A stretch of DNA of 62,495 nt, filler included, from Rhabdomonas costata (Eukaryota): NCBI GenBank assembly GCA_019059605.1. It is 40 parts of 40 records of this genome, joined end to end, with 100 filler letters (N's around TTAATTAATTAA, not from the genome) between each part and the next. Parts side by side here need not be neighbours in the genome. Positions count along the whole stretch, not along the records: positions 37,565 to 39,028 come from JAHMHO010015236.1; positions 39,129 to 40,594 come from JAHMHO010015237.1; positions 40,695 to 42,159 come from JAHMHO010015238.1; positions 42,260 to 43,724 come from JAHMHO010015239.1; positions 43,825 to 45,289 come from JAHMHO010015240.1; positions 45,390 to 46,854 come from JAHMHO010015241.1; positions 46,955 to 48,419 come from JAHMHO010015242.1; positions 48,520 to 49,983 come from JAHMHO010015243.1; 32 more parts are not named here. One strand, given 5' to 3'. The first letter of the stretch is position 1; the number at the start of each line of letters is the position of its first letter. Both the position numbers and the translations under genes were made by a program. Of this stretch, positions 37,908 through 50,717 are shown piece by piece. The notes below the pieces were generated by a model. That model did not search any database. It was not told where the DNA came from and worked only from the letters and a program-made list of their open reading frames with translations.

Positions 37908-38960
37908 AGCCTGGTGTCGATCTTCATCTCCACGCGGCACTCCAGCAAGGGCTACGGCAGCCAGGCCCTGCTGTGTGCCTGCCTGGCGTACTTCACGGAC
38001 CTCCACGCTGGGGACCCCGACGCCACCCTGCGCGCCAGCATCTGGGCCCACAACCGCCGCAGCATGCGGTTCTTTGAGGCCAATGGGTTTCAATTCGAGA
38101 GGGTTCAGCCCCCCCCCCTCCTCTTTTTGGCGGTATCGTGTCTACTGGGCTTGTGAGTACGCATGTGGGGTCGGCGTAGGGTCTGCTTTGGTTTTACGGT
38201 GCCGGAAGAGGTTAAAAAGAGACTTTTACCGATCAATCCGTGGGCAAAGGCGACTTTTTTGCAGGCTATTGGGTTTTGGCTTTTGGCGGTGAGAGGGGAG
38301 TTCGGTGCTTCATTGGGGGAGTGGGGTGGCCATGAGTGGAGAGGTTGTCTGTGATGGAGATTGACGGACGTGCTGGATTTTCCTTTCTGCCATCTTACAT
38401 CAGATACTGTGGTAGTGGAGCGAGTGAGTTGGGGGGATTCCGCAGTTCCAGCCGGCCAGGTTTGGGGTGGACTATCTTCCCCACTGCCACCGCCAGACGA
38501 GAGCGCAGCCATTGACACTCGGCATTTGGGTGCTATACTGTCATTTGCCATTTTGGGGGATGTGACAAAAATGATCAAAATGACTGGTCCACCCTTACCG
38601 AATGTTTTTTCTTTGCCTGCGAGCTAGTATCCTAGGGCCTTCCGTGCACCCTTGAACGGGGGCCCGGCCCAGCCCAGACGCTAGGCCAGCAGAGGAGCTG
38701 GACGGAAGAGGAGCTGCATGCTTCCGCAGCGATACTGCCTCCATGTGACGATTCGGCGCCCATAGTTTGCGTGTCTGTGTTTCAAAAAAAAACAGGAGTT
38801 GCTGTGCTACGACAAAGCGGTACAGGTGTACGTGCTGAGCCCCTCCGCGGAACGGTTCCAGGAGCGACTGGCGCAGTGCCAGGCCCGCCTCGCAGCCACA
38901 GTGGTGGTGCACCCCATGGCCGCCTCTCCTGCGGACACCAGCACGCTGCTTCGTGAGTCA
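37908..38960 (+). CDS. GNAT-family acetyltransferase fragment; exons 37908-38102 and 38796 onward
   Basis: SIFISTRHSSKGYGSQAL (motif A) and NRRSMRFFEANGF (motif B). Confidence 0.78.
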
Positions 38961-39228
38961 ATCCTCGAGGTCACTGAAGTCTTCCCCCTGCACACCTCGG
39001 CGGGCGCCATCATGGCTTCACCACCACANNNNNNNNNNNNNNNNNNNNNNNNNNNNNNNNNNNNNNNNNNNNTTAATTAATTAANNNNNNNNNNNNNNNN
39101 NNNNNNNNNNNNNNNNNNNNNNNNNNNNCCCGCTTTCGAGCCTTCTTTGTCACATCCCAAACACAGCCTTGTGTGTGTAGGTGGGCGGGTGGGGGTGCAC
39201 ACACAGAAGGCAATACTGCCTGACAGCA

Positions 39229-39290
39229 CACACATACGCGCACACGCACACGCACGCGCACACGCACACGCACACGCACACGCACACGAA
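39229..39290. repeat. (GCACAC)n microsatellite in an intron
   Basis: cacacgcacacgcacgcgcacacgcacacgcacacg... Confidence 0.9.
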
Positions 39291-39301
39291 CACTCACTCA
39301 C

Positions 39302-40113
39302 CGCTGGGTGGCGCTAGTTCCTCCTCCCTCAGAGGCCCTGGCACCCACGGTGCGCTCGCGGCGCTGCAGCACGTCCTCCACTACGGAGCTGTCCTCCAGC
39401 AGGCGAAGCACAAAGTGGGCCAGATTGACGGTCAGCTCGTGCACCACCCCATCCGGGGGGCATGCCGCCTCGCTGTGCTGAACCTCCTGCGAGCAATGTG
39501 GGCGAAGGTCATCTTTATTGTCAATGGGCGCGTGTACGAGTGGGACGCAAGAGACGCGTGGGACCCGTGGCACAGGACACACATACGACACGTGGGAATG
39601 GCGGAACATGCGGGATGTGTGGGACTGTTGGGTGAAGAAAAGTAGGTAAAGGTAGGTGCGAGAGAAAGGTTCACAGTAACAGTACGCAGAATCCAGAGAG
39701 TGTTTTTCCCTCTACGAGGATTTGCGAGTCCCCAGAGTCCCCGGAGAATTGCGGCTTAAACTGGGACACGGACAGCTATGGTGCTCGAAAACTGCACTGC
39801 GTCAGTTTCAGAAGATCATGAAAACAAGTAGAACACTTCTGCGCCTGTTGCAGAGTCTGAGCTTCCGTGCGGGCAACCGGGGCTTCGGTCAAAAGGGTGG
39901 ACCCAGACGAGGCAGAGCATCGGGCAGAGACCTTGCAGTAGTTCTCCAGCATTCCCGCCACCTTGGGGCGCAAGGCCTCGGCAAGGGAGTTCAGCTCGGG
40001 CAGCACCCCAAGGTCGGCCAGGGTCATCGAGCGCAGGCCCAGCATGTCCAGCACGTCCAAAATGATAAAAATGGCGTTGGCGCGGGTGGGTCGCTCCGGA
40101 GCAACAGCGTTCC
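39302..40113 (-). CDS. EXO70: Exocyst subunit Exo70 fragment; exons 40113-39932 and 39486-39302
   Basis: PPDGVVHELTVNLAHFVLRLLE matches the Exo70 PxDGxVHELT motif; the preceding exon AIFIILDVLDML..L..L joins in phase 0. Confidence 0.75.
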
Positions 40114-41362
40114 CTTTTGGAATGGGAAAGGGGCGTGGCTGGCTTGTCGTTTTTGCGGCAGTTAGGCTTCCTACAGGTGAAGGTCAGAGCCTGTGGATCT
40201 GGCATCTGGCCATTGCAATGCGGGCTGGCATTCAGCGGCTGTCAACAAAGCAATGTCCCGGCCTCAGAGCGGGTGTGTGTGTTAGTGCATATGCGTGCGT
40301 GCGTGCGAGACTCAACGGGGAACAATAACGGACTGCGTATGACGCTCATGACCACCAGCCTTCCCATCGACCTGCTGCCGCTGCCAAACTCACCGTCCTA
40401 AGAAGGACATATTCATCGACAGTTTGTTACTTCGATCATGAACCCAAACACGGAAGATGTCTCGTATCGTTGTTTCCTCCTTTCCCACCAAGGAAACGAA
40501 ATACATGATATAACACGCTCAGGCCAGCTCAGAGGCTCAGTTCAGCAAAGAGGCCAGAGGCAAAATTCGACCACAACCCCCAACACACCCACACNNNNNN
40601 NNNNNNNNNNNNNNNNNNNNNNNNNNNNNNNNNNNNNNTTAATTAATTAANNNNNNNNNNNNNNNNNNNNNNNNNNNNNNNNNNNNNNNNNNNNGGTTTT
40701 TTGTTGAGACAACTCGGAGTAACGCTCTTCGAGTAACCGCGTGTGTCCTTTTCACCAGTGCTGTTTTTGTTTGTACCCGCTTGTGTTGGGGTTCGGGTTT
40801 TCTGCCTGTGTTTAGTGTGTTCTGTGACTTGTCCGTTGGTTCCGCCGTTACTTCGAGTTTCTGGGGAAAGCGACCAGAGAGAGAAGATTACATCCTACAA
40901 AAGCATCGCAGCCAAGTAGGGAATGGAGTTCTCTGAGGTGTCCTTCCTGGCGGACTGCACTCGCCCCGGGCCAAGTTCAGCAACTGAGCTGGGGCGATAC
41001 TTTCCCAGGTAAATGGCAGAGATGGTTGCCTACACCTTTAATTTATCCAGATGGGATAGCGACCAACTTCATAACGCTCAAGCGCCCACTTCGGGCGTTG
41101 TCGGTTGCCCTTGAAAATGCTTCGACAGTCATGTTGACTTTTGGTGATATCGCTTCAGGAAGTTGTTGCAGGAAGATTCAGAGTTGAAGGAAGCGGGGCT
41201 GCGCTGTATGCCTGTATGCCTTTCGCTGAAAAATACCCCTTCTGGACAGGAGGGATGAGAACATAAGGATGTTGAGTTTGTCTCCTGTATGCAGACTTTT
41301 TGTTTTCGTCTTGCAGTCTACCGTGAAAGATTTGGCCGCTCACAGACCCACTCCGCCCACAG

Positions 41363-41727
41363 GGCACCGCGCAAGGTTGACCTGGTACTGTTCCAGAAGG
41401 CAGACTTCAACAGGCTGCAGCAAGCCACCAACATCGTCGCCTTTCTCCTCACCACTCATCTCCGGCAGTACCACAAGTTCTCCTTCGCACTGGAGGTACG
41501 TGTGAGGTTCTCAGCAGCCCTTTTCGAGTGGACGGACTCCTTGGATGAATGTTGCATGGTGGGCTGCGGTTGTCCTTTGTTTTGGCGCCCCATGATTTCA
41601 GATGCGGCGGTACGCCTACAGTGTCAACGCAGCAGTTGTTATCCAGAGAGCTTACCGGGCGTACGTGCTGCAGCGGAATGCCGCTCTGCTCCGGTGGTTT
41701 CAGCAATGGAAGGCGTTTGCGGCCCAG
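41363..41727 (+). CDS. IQ-motif protein fragment; exons about 41363-41495 and 41602-41727
   Basis: AAVVIQRAYRAYV IQ motif; in-frame GT-AG junction. Confidence 0.65.
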
Positions 41728-42259
41728 GTTCCCCTCCTTCAGTCTGAATCCCTCACCGCCTCTCTCTCTCTATCCTTTCTCATCTTTCTTCTTTCTTCTT
41801 TCTCCTTCTTCCCATGTGCCCCTTCTGTCCCTGTTCCTATGTGGTTCCTGAGCGTGACCAAATTTGCCCTGCTCCCCTCCCGCTTTGGCCCTAACCCATG
41901 GGGCAACCGGCAAGTTGCCCTCAAACGCCTTGCAATTCTGATGGTGAAAATTATTATAGCACAAAGCGTCGCTTCTCCTCACAATCTTCTCAGAATTCAT
42001 AATAGGAGCTCAAGGGTGGCAACAAGGGGAGAGAGCACACGAAAACGTGGAATGGAAGCCGGGGTGCTTGCAATGGTGTACGTGCCTGGTGGAACATATC
42101 TCAGGCCATTGGTTGATGAAAAGGACTTTTCATCAACCAATGGCCTGAGATATGTTCCANNNNNNNNNNNNNNNNNNNNNNNNNNNNNNNNNNNNNNNNN
42201 NNNTTAATTAATTAANNNNNNNNNNNNNNNNNNNNNNNNNNNNNNNNNNNNNNNNNNNN

Positions 42260-42988
42260 GGTTTGTGGTATACGATTCTTTTCCTCATGGTCTAGTCTTT
42301 CGTGAAGTGCGGCGATGGTTTGCTCAAGCTTGACTATGTCGTTGTCTTTGAGTTTTATCATGGTGGACAACCTGGCTGCTTCCCGGCTTGCAACTTCGCT
42401 GTCTGCCAGACCCCTTTTTACGCATGCCAACTCGTGCAGTATCTCTGCATCACGAGCTTGACGAACGGCATTGGCGCTCTCCTCGAATTTTAGCATGGTT
42501 AAGCGCGACTGACATTCGCGGTGCATGTTCTCCTCTTCTTTGAGTGTCTGTAACGTTTCTGTCAGCTTTATCTGGAGATCTTGTATGGTTCGGTGTAACT
42601 TCTGATGTTCTTCATTGAAATGGTAACAGAGATCAATGATTCCGTCGGTTGCCTCCAGCTCCAGCTTGAAATGCGAAACATACCCTTCCAACTCGATCCT
42701 TGTGCATTCCAGAACACTGGCCTTTTCGCAAGCCTGGCCAAGTTCCCGAAGCACCTCCATCAACAAGGCAACCACTTGGCGCGGTAGTTGACCAAAAGAA
42801 CCTGGTTCAGGCTGCCTCCCAGTGAGTTGCTCAAACATGCTTTGAAGGGCTTCTCCAGAAGAAATGTAGTGCTGAAGATGCTCGATGAGCGGCTCATGTT
42901 CGACATGAAGGTGCTGAGCCGTCACACCACCTCCAGCTTCCGAGGAGGAGGAGGAGGGTAAAATCGTCACGTGGTTGCCAAGGTGCAA
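42260..42988 (-). CDS. Long coiled-coil protein exon
   Basis: Uninterrupted frame of more than 240 codons, E/L/Q/K-rich heptads. Confidence 0.7.
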
Positions 42989-43840
42989 GGCACTGAGAGA
43001 GTGACATCGTAATACATAACATCACACGCACCGTTTACCAACAAACGTGGTGTACACAAGGCAATGCTCTGAAGGAGGTTTTTCTGCCTTCAGCGGGATT
43101 TCGAATTTTTTTTTTCCGAAAAAGTAGGTTTAAGGCCTTCATACAGAACCATAAGCATTACCATAGATTTATTTGCACCGAACCAACGTTCCAAATTGGT
43201 TTCGAAAAGCGCTTCGCAGCTCATTTTGTCGTTATAAGAGCGCCTGGTCCGCCCAGTTACTGGGGTTCTGCTGTTGATCTCCAGCCATCTTAGGTGCAGA
43301 AGTCCTTTGTCAATGCTCGCGGATGCCACTCACCAATTTAATTCAGACGACCTAAAAATGGAGCTACTCGTCGTAAAGTCAGTTCCGAAGGCGTTTTGCA
43401 CAAGCACAAAAACCTGCAAATCAACTTCAGCACATTGTCTCGCTCACGCAGAAGCTCCAGCAAGGCGAGGGATTTCGTTGGGGTGACATCAGACTGACCG
43501 AAAAACAAAACACAACGCAAGCCAGGAACAGCTGCCGAACTCGAGAAGTCAGAAGACGTAAAGGGGCATAAGGACGTAAGAGGACATAGCGTCTCCCTAC
43601 TTGTCGCGCATTTCCCCAGACCTAAACCTAGCAACAGAGCATGCCTGATTCTATTGCTATGAAAAAAGAATACAAAGGTCATCGGAGGCTGCAAAATCAA
43701 ATGGACGAAAACCAACACCCCACANNNNNNNNNNNNNNNNNNNNNNNNNNNNNNNNNNNNNNNNNNNNTTAATTAATTAANNNNNNNNNNNNNNNNNNNN
43801 NNNNNNNNNNNNNNNNNNNNNNNNTTTTGTTGTTGTGCAG

Positions 43841-45130
43841 GCGATGATGAGGACTCCCTTCGGCCGCGTATGGGAGGTGTTGCAGATCTCCTTGGCCATC
43901 CTTGCCGTGGGCGTGTACGTGGCCGAGGCGTACGCCGATGACGGCTGGATGGACTCTGCCGCCAGCAATAGCCTCATGGTCTGTGGCGGGAAATGGTGTC
44001 CAAGTGGTGGAAAATTGCAGCCATGGGACAGGGAAAGGGAGAAATTCGGGATGAAAGGGCGAGTTTGGTATTATTTTTGCCCTGTCCTTCCCGTCGGCTT
44101 GGGTTCTTTTTTTTGGCAGAGTTGGGTTTAAATCACTTGAATAGTTTCTTCCTGTGGACCTCGTGACTCCCACCCACTTAAGTTTCGATAAGGGGGACAA
44201 GGGGACGAGTTTGACGACGCGTTCCAGTTCGATTCCCTGTCTTCCCTTTGGACCGGTGGGCGCCCATAATTTGCAGGCTCGCAGGCTCGGCTGTCCAAGC
44301 GCTGCCCAGAATATCGCTATGGGGCATTGCTTTGCACCGTCTGTCGCACTCTGCCGTGAGCACGGAGTTCCCACCAATCGATCGATGGACTTTCGACGAG
44401 TAGTCCAATTCTGTAGCTGACTGTTCACAAGAGACAGCGCGATGGTGTGAAGGTCGCGTCTGGGTGAGGATGTCCAGCGTCGTGATGGGTGCGTGGGATT
44501 AGATCGTGGATGCCACAATGAGCATGCTGTTCTTGCTGGACCTGTGCCTGGTGTTGCTGCAGTGCCTCAGCCTGAGGCAGTGCCTGCTCAGCGCCTACAC
44601 CTGGATCGACATCCTTTCCATCATCCCCTTTGTCACAGTGTTCCTTCCCTCGGTCCCTCATGCTTTTTAAAACCGCCCCTTTAAGGCCCTCCCTTCCCTC
44701 ACTCCCGCCCACTTCTTCTTCTTCTTCTTCTTCTCGCTCTTTCGTGAGGATCACTGTTTGTGTGAAGTAATATCTTCTAGAGTGCTGTCGCTGGCATCAG
44801 TCTTCAGCTGTGGTTAACAGTGATGCAGACGTTTTTTCCGTTCATAAACACCTTGCAACTTTTGGGATGGCAGGGCCACATACAGCACCAATTCGAATCC
44901 TAGCGAAGTCTGGAACCCCAGCTGCGAAGGAGGCGGTTTGGCCCAGCGCATATGATTGAGCTTGACCCTCGGGTCGGGGTGGGGCAGGGGGGGTGGCGCC
45001 AAAATCAAACTGACTTCCCTTTCTGCTTCAGAACGTGGCTCCGATGAATGTGCTGCGGATTCTTCGGCTGTTTCGTCTGCTACGTGTGGCTCGGACCTAC
45101 CGCTTGGTCTACCTCACCAGCACGGGAACG
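43841..45130 (+). CDS. Voltage-gated K+ channel (Slo/BK-like) S1-S4; exons 43841-43978, 44503-about 44640, 45032-45130
   Basis: GRVWEVLQISLAILAVGVYVAE; IVDATMSMLFLLD..WIDILSIIP; S4 VLRILRLFRLLRVAR. Confidence 0.85.
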
Positions 45131-45963
45131 GTTCCGTGCACGCACGCACGCACGCTGCGCTTTGCCCCGCCCTTCTCCGCCTCCTGCAGCTTGTGTCCTC
45201 TCTTTGATGGACGTGTCTGTGGACATCCACATTGCCGTACATCTCGGCGCGGCTTAGTCTCTTGTTTCTCTCATCCATTTCTCTCCTCCNNNNNNNNNNN
45301 NNNNNNNNNNNNNNNNNNNNNNNNNNNNNNNNNTTAATTAATTAANNNNNNNNNNNNNNNNNNNNNNNNNNNNNNNNNNNNNNNNNNNNGGGGGTGTTTT
45401 GCACAGAGATGTTCGTGTGCGTACGTGCGTGTGCAATGAGTGTGGCTGCTCCATAGAAGATGGCTAACGGTGACAATTCACTCTGCTGAGAGTCAAGTTG
45501 CCAATCAGGACAATCAGGTTAGCGGGCGGGGGCATAATGCTAAGACATACGGCGTAGCCCCACATCTGGACAGAGAGAATTCACTGAAATTTCATCCTCA
45601 GAGCACAATTCTTGCAAGTCAAAAAGAGTAGTCATAGCTGCAAAAAGAGACACCGGCAACGCATCCTAACCCCCCGGTAAGTTGTGGGGCACCGCTCCCT
45701 AACCTAACCCCCTTCGAGAAAAATAGTCCATCCTAAAAGTGTGCCCGTTCTGTGGAGCACCACCAGATAAACCCTAAAATATGCGGCGGACTGGGACCTG
45801 AACTAAAGGACGCACTGAAAAATCCATTATCACCACAAGCAATGAAGGCAAGCTGGATTCAGTTACTCCTCTCCTCATAATGCAGACAGCTATTCATGAG
45901 GGGTGAATTGGAATTACACCTGACAAAACAGGGAATATTTGCAATAAAAATCGTAACGCACAC

Positions 45964-46055
45964 CACATCGCCGCGGTTGTCCACGGCGTAGTCCTGCAGG
46001 GCGGCCAGAAACCCACTAAACAGCCGCTCGACGTTGGCCTTGCACACGCACTTCC
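45964..46055 (-). CDS. TBCD: Tubulin-folding cofactor D exon
   Basis: FLAALQDYAVDNRGDV matches the TBCD motif LxDYxxDxRGDVG; AG/GT bounded. Confidence 0.72.
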
Positions 46056-47048
46056 CTGAAACAACCAACACACCACCCAGTGCGAGAGCGTGAGGAAGAG
46101 AGTGAGAAGGAAAATGATGGCGACGCACAATAATGAGAGGAGCCAAGCGGCAAAATGCTACACCGATGCCTTATCCTGAAGAGCGTATCGTAAATGAGCT
46201 AAGAGGACTCAGGCTCCGGCGAATGCTTGAGGTTGGCAGCTACAACGGAGACGCTATGTGACACCAGCATGTGCAACACCGGGAAAAAAACAAAATCTGA
46301 CATGAACGTGTGTGCTTGTAGAGACTCTCCCAAAAAAAAATGTTGAAACCCACATTGGCGACAAATACATATGTCAATGTGTTCGGGCCACCACCACTGA
46401 TAAAATCAAAAGATACCAGTAACAACAATGAATGCAGAAAAAAGCTCATCGAAGCAATTCATTTATGGAGCACAGCCAAAGAAGATGTACTGACCTGCAG
46501 GAACTCATTCCTCGACGGAGGGGTCTGTGCAGGTGCTGCAGCAAAACAGGCAGGGTCCGAAGTGCCCTCACCAGACACCCCGACTGTGCCTGGCCTCCCA
46601 TTGTCGTCCTGCAAGAGATGATCAATCGAGAGAAAATAGGCCCAAGCTGGAGCCTTCAGGAGGACACTGACCGAAAATAAAGCTGGCCGAGCTGACTACA
46701 ACCGAGGAGGTCTTCAAAACTCCGTTGAAAAATTAAACAAACAAATGTGGAACGAACAGCCCATAGTCGCACTGAATTCTACTCGCGCCCTGTCAGAACA
46801 GAGTGCTCACCCAGAACAGACCCGATAGACAAAAGCAAAACACAACAAAAACAANNNNNNNNNNNNNNNNNNNNNNNNNNNNNNNNNNNNNNNNNNNNTT
46901 AATTAATTAANNNNNNNNNNNNNNNNNNNNNNNNNNNNNNNNNNNNNNNNNNNNGTTTCGTGCTCAGCTAATGAAGTGCATCACAATGCTAACCACATGC
47001 TGGCAAATGAAATCCGAACAATGAAAAGCTGAAAAAGCTGGTGCGCAC

Positions 47049-47989
47049 CGCAGGAGATGAAGATCTTCTCTCCGGTGATTCTGTAAGTACCGTCACCTGC
47101 CGGAATAGCCTTGGTCTTCACTTGGTTCAGGTCCGTCCCGGCCTGCGACTCCGTCAGGTCCATCACTCCCGTCCACTCCCCGGAGGTCAGCTTGGGCAGG
47201 TAGGTGTCCTTCAGCTGAAAGACAATCATTTGACGGATGTTGCACTGATGGTGGTGCTGCATCGGCCACACTGCCGGGAGAGAAGATCAACTTAGCCCAC
47301 CCGAAGAAAAGCAAGAAGGCAATTATCAAAGTATGTGTCGCTGGCTGATGCAATTAATCGGCAATCCGAACACGTCCAATCAGGAAAAAGGAAAAAAGAA
47401 AACGCAGGGAGGACAAAACACGCCATACGTAGTCAGTCCCGTGAAGCAGAATGGTTTCCATGCAACCCATCGACAGCCCGGGGTACATACCCCAGGGTGA
47501 GTTCGCCGCCCCGCAGAGCTGAGAAAATGTGTAAACAAGAAAATATGAAATGACACAGCGCACCGGGAAAGTGCATGGTCCCAATACATGCTAACAGACC
47601 TCGGAGCGAACCAGCCCCAGAGATGCCGGCATCCCCTGGCCTCCGTACTTCTGAGGCATCGAGAGCCCAGCCCATCCCGCCTCGCGGTACGCCAGGTAGG
47701 CCTCCTTCCAGCCCTTCGGGGTGGTCACCTCCCCATCCTTGAAGACACAGCCCTCATCCCCGGCCTGGTAGATCGGGATCAGCGCCGTCTCCATGAACTT
47801 CGCAGCCTCCGTGATGATGCTTTGCACGGTGTCCGGGGTGGCATCCTCGTTGCCCAGCTTGGCGTAGTGCGCCGGGAAGTTCTGCACGTCGTTCAGCACG
47901 AAGAACAGGTCCCTCAGGCGGGCCTTGTAGGTCAGGCCGCGGGCCTGGGCGGCCAGCCTGGGGCTTGCGGCGATGGTGCGGCGCATCAT
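47049..47989 (-). CDS. Mitochondrial-targeted acyl-CoA dehydrogenase (bacterial-type N-terminus), 5' part; exons 47989-47600, 47518-47429, 47214-47049
   Basis: MMRRTIAASPRL presequence; YKARLRDLFFVL, YGGQGMP, WGMYPGLSMG, YLPKLTSGEWTGVMDLTESQAGTDL, GEKIFISC; junctions in frame. Confidence 0.95.
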
Positions 47990-48519
47990 TATTCTCTTTT
48001 AAAGAAGGCGGTGACGCAGGTCACGGCGGGGGAAGATAAAGGCAGTGCTGAGGCAAACGTAAACCGCATGAAAACCCTCAAATATTATTGCTCCCGTGGG
48101 AAGGGTGGTTTTCCAGAGGTCTTGGTTTGCCGAGACTCGAAGGCACACCGAACCCATAAAATAGATCCTTCCGTCCGTCCATCCATCCATCCCCCCAAAA
48201 AGCCATTTCAAGAGTGTGTGACAACTACCCCATAATACTCCTTTTATAAATGTCACACATGCCTGTGTCACACAAGTGCACAGACCACCTGCGAACCTCA
48301 GGGTTTCGAGCTGGGATCGTACGGTTTTCAAAGTCCAGAAGACATTGGGGCGTAAAGAGTTGGAACAGGAGGGTCATCCAATCTCCGCGGTTATTTACCT
48401 GGGCCACCAATTTTCTTGCNNNNNNNNNNNNNNNNNNNNNNNNNNNNNNNNNNNNNNNNNNNNTTAATTAATTAANNNNNNNNNNNNNNNNNNNNNNNNN
48501 NNNNNNNNNNNNNNNNNNN

Positions 48520-49886
48520 GGTTGTGGGGTCGGCGGCGAGCAGCGCACTCCTGTCCCGATCATAAGGTTCCACATCTTCCAGACTGTGGAGACCAGACAT
48601 GTGTGAGAGCGGATCCTCTATCATTGATCTGGACAGGATTACAGCATGTGGTGTGGGTGCTGGATGAGGAAGCAGAGGCGAATCAGCCGCCTTGCAATCC
48701 CAAAAGGTTAGCTGATACATTTACAGTGGCAACACAAAATTCATTAAAGGGCAACCTGTGGTACACATGGAGAAGCATTTTCCAATTCATAGCGGCAGAA
48801 ATGGAAGATGCCTTCTGCCGTTCGTCCAACTGCCGTGTGACGTCGGCTTCGGGGTCAATCACTTCTGTAGTTGGATGCTATGAAACACCAGGATCTGGAT
48901 TCTCTGTGGTTCCGAACCTGAACCAACTCCAGAGGATCCGAACCCACCTTTACATCGCACACTCCGCGGCAGTTGTGGGACAATGCAACACCCTCCGTGA
49001 ACGTTGTTTTCTAACAGCAATTGCGCCGCACGATCACCCTTCACGTGGTAGCCACTAATTTAGTAGTTGAACAGCAAGAACTTCACTTTCCTTTGGTACT
49101 CCCGCTCCAACCGATATGTGGTGCTTCCAGTCCAAGCCACTGCGCGTGGCAATGCGCCCATACATGCCGGTATGTATGGCAAATGCCACGTCTGTGGAAA
49201 TGAGAGCATTGTCTCCAGCTGCAATGACAACATCTTTTGCACTGGCCAGGTCAAGACCTGCGGCACGTGTGGTGCATCGGCGCGGAAAAACAGCCTTGCT
49301 GCTGATACATTTTGCCAACAGATGTTCCAGCTTTCTCCGGAGCAGCCGTGTGTGTTTCGAGCAAGAGAGGGTTTGACTCAGGCTCCACAACCCGTTGCTT
49401 AGCGGCGGGATTGGGTGTGGGCACAATGGCATTCAGTTGTTGGTTACAAAATCTTCAGTATGAGGAATGGAGGATGGAAGGGATCCCAATTGCTTTCACA
49501 ACAGGAACACGAGTAAGCTTCTTTCACATCTTAATCTGCACTGTCCTCTCCACTCAGTTAATTAGAGTGTTGAACTGATTAAGGAAAGGATATCCCAACA
49601 CAATGGGTAGATTAGTTTCAATCACACGCAAGAAAACCTCACCTGCAACTCCACTATCTTCACTTGCAAGCAAACATAGTGCGTCATTGTCAGGGTATTC
49701 CCATTCGCGACCTTCACATGAATCTGTCAGTTCAAAGGAAACAATTTGTAGCGGTGCATCCTCCGCACATATGAACCAGTCCGAAGCTCCAGAGTCCAGC
49801 AAAGCAAAGTGTGTTGTTGCCACAACTGTCACATGCAGAAAGAGCAAAGTTGGCTGGGACCAGTCCTCGTCAAATGTGGAGGCCAC
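48520..49886 (-). mobile_element. Decayed LTR-type (Ty3/gypsy-like) pol fragment: aspartic protease followed by dUTPase
   Basis: Protease ALLDSGAS...IVLGYPFL; dUTPase AAGLDL, GMYGRIATRSGL, VGAGV, KGDRAAQL, GGFGSSG; stops and frameshifts; no introns. Confidence 0.82.
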
Positions 49887-50469
49887 GTCCCATTGTTACG
49901 GTAACAGTGGCGTGACTGATGTTACCTAGGCGCAAGGTTCTATTGCTAGAGTTGATTTCTCTTGTTCTTTGTGAATTTGGTGTNNNNNNNNNNNNNNNNN
50001 NNNNNNNNNNNNNNNNNNNNNNNNNNNTTAATTAATTAANNNNNNNNNNNNNNNNNNNNNNNNNNNNNNNNNNNNNNNNNNNNGGTTTTTTGTAGCATTC
50101 ATGTGTTCCTTCCGTTGAATCGCTGGAGATGGAAAGAAGTGGATTGGTGCTGATCGAAGCAGTTGGTTTGATGATGGGATTCGGTCCCTAGCTTACTTGG
50201 GTCTTCGATTTGATGACAACAGCCTGCGTATGGATCCAGATGGTTCCGGATGGCTTCCTTTTTGCTGCTGCACTTGGTGATTCACGTCTGTATCGTGTGT
50301 TTGGGTGGTCCCTCATCTTATCCCGAATTTACGAATACATTGAATTCACAAGTCATTGAACTCTTGGACCCACCGGTGCCCCATCCATACGAATATCATT
50401 CATATGCGTCCGGCAGGGAGAATTTTGCACATCCCGCCTCTCTTTCGCTGTCTTTTTTTTTTCATAAAG

Positions 50470-50717
50470 GGGGCCTGTACTGCCGCGTTGCGGCAGGCGT
50501 TCTGGAGGTTGAAGGCTGGTTCACCGAGGGCAAGGTGCAGCCCCAGTTCTTTGCCACCGTGGCCACCCCGCACCTTGGGCTGCGGGAGTCCTCCCCAGGG
50601 ATCAAGATGCTCAGTCTGCTGTGCCCCTCGGGGTGGGACATGAATGGCCTCACTCCGCTGTTCACGAAGCTCTGCCAGGGGCCCTACCTGGAGGCCCTGC
50701 GGAAGTTCACCCGACGG
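50470..50717 (+). CDS. DUF676 putative serine esterase/lipase exon
   Basis: GLYCRVAAGVL...FATVATPHLG...YLEALRKFTRR. Confidence 0.8.
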
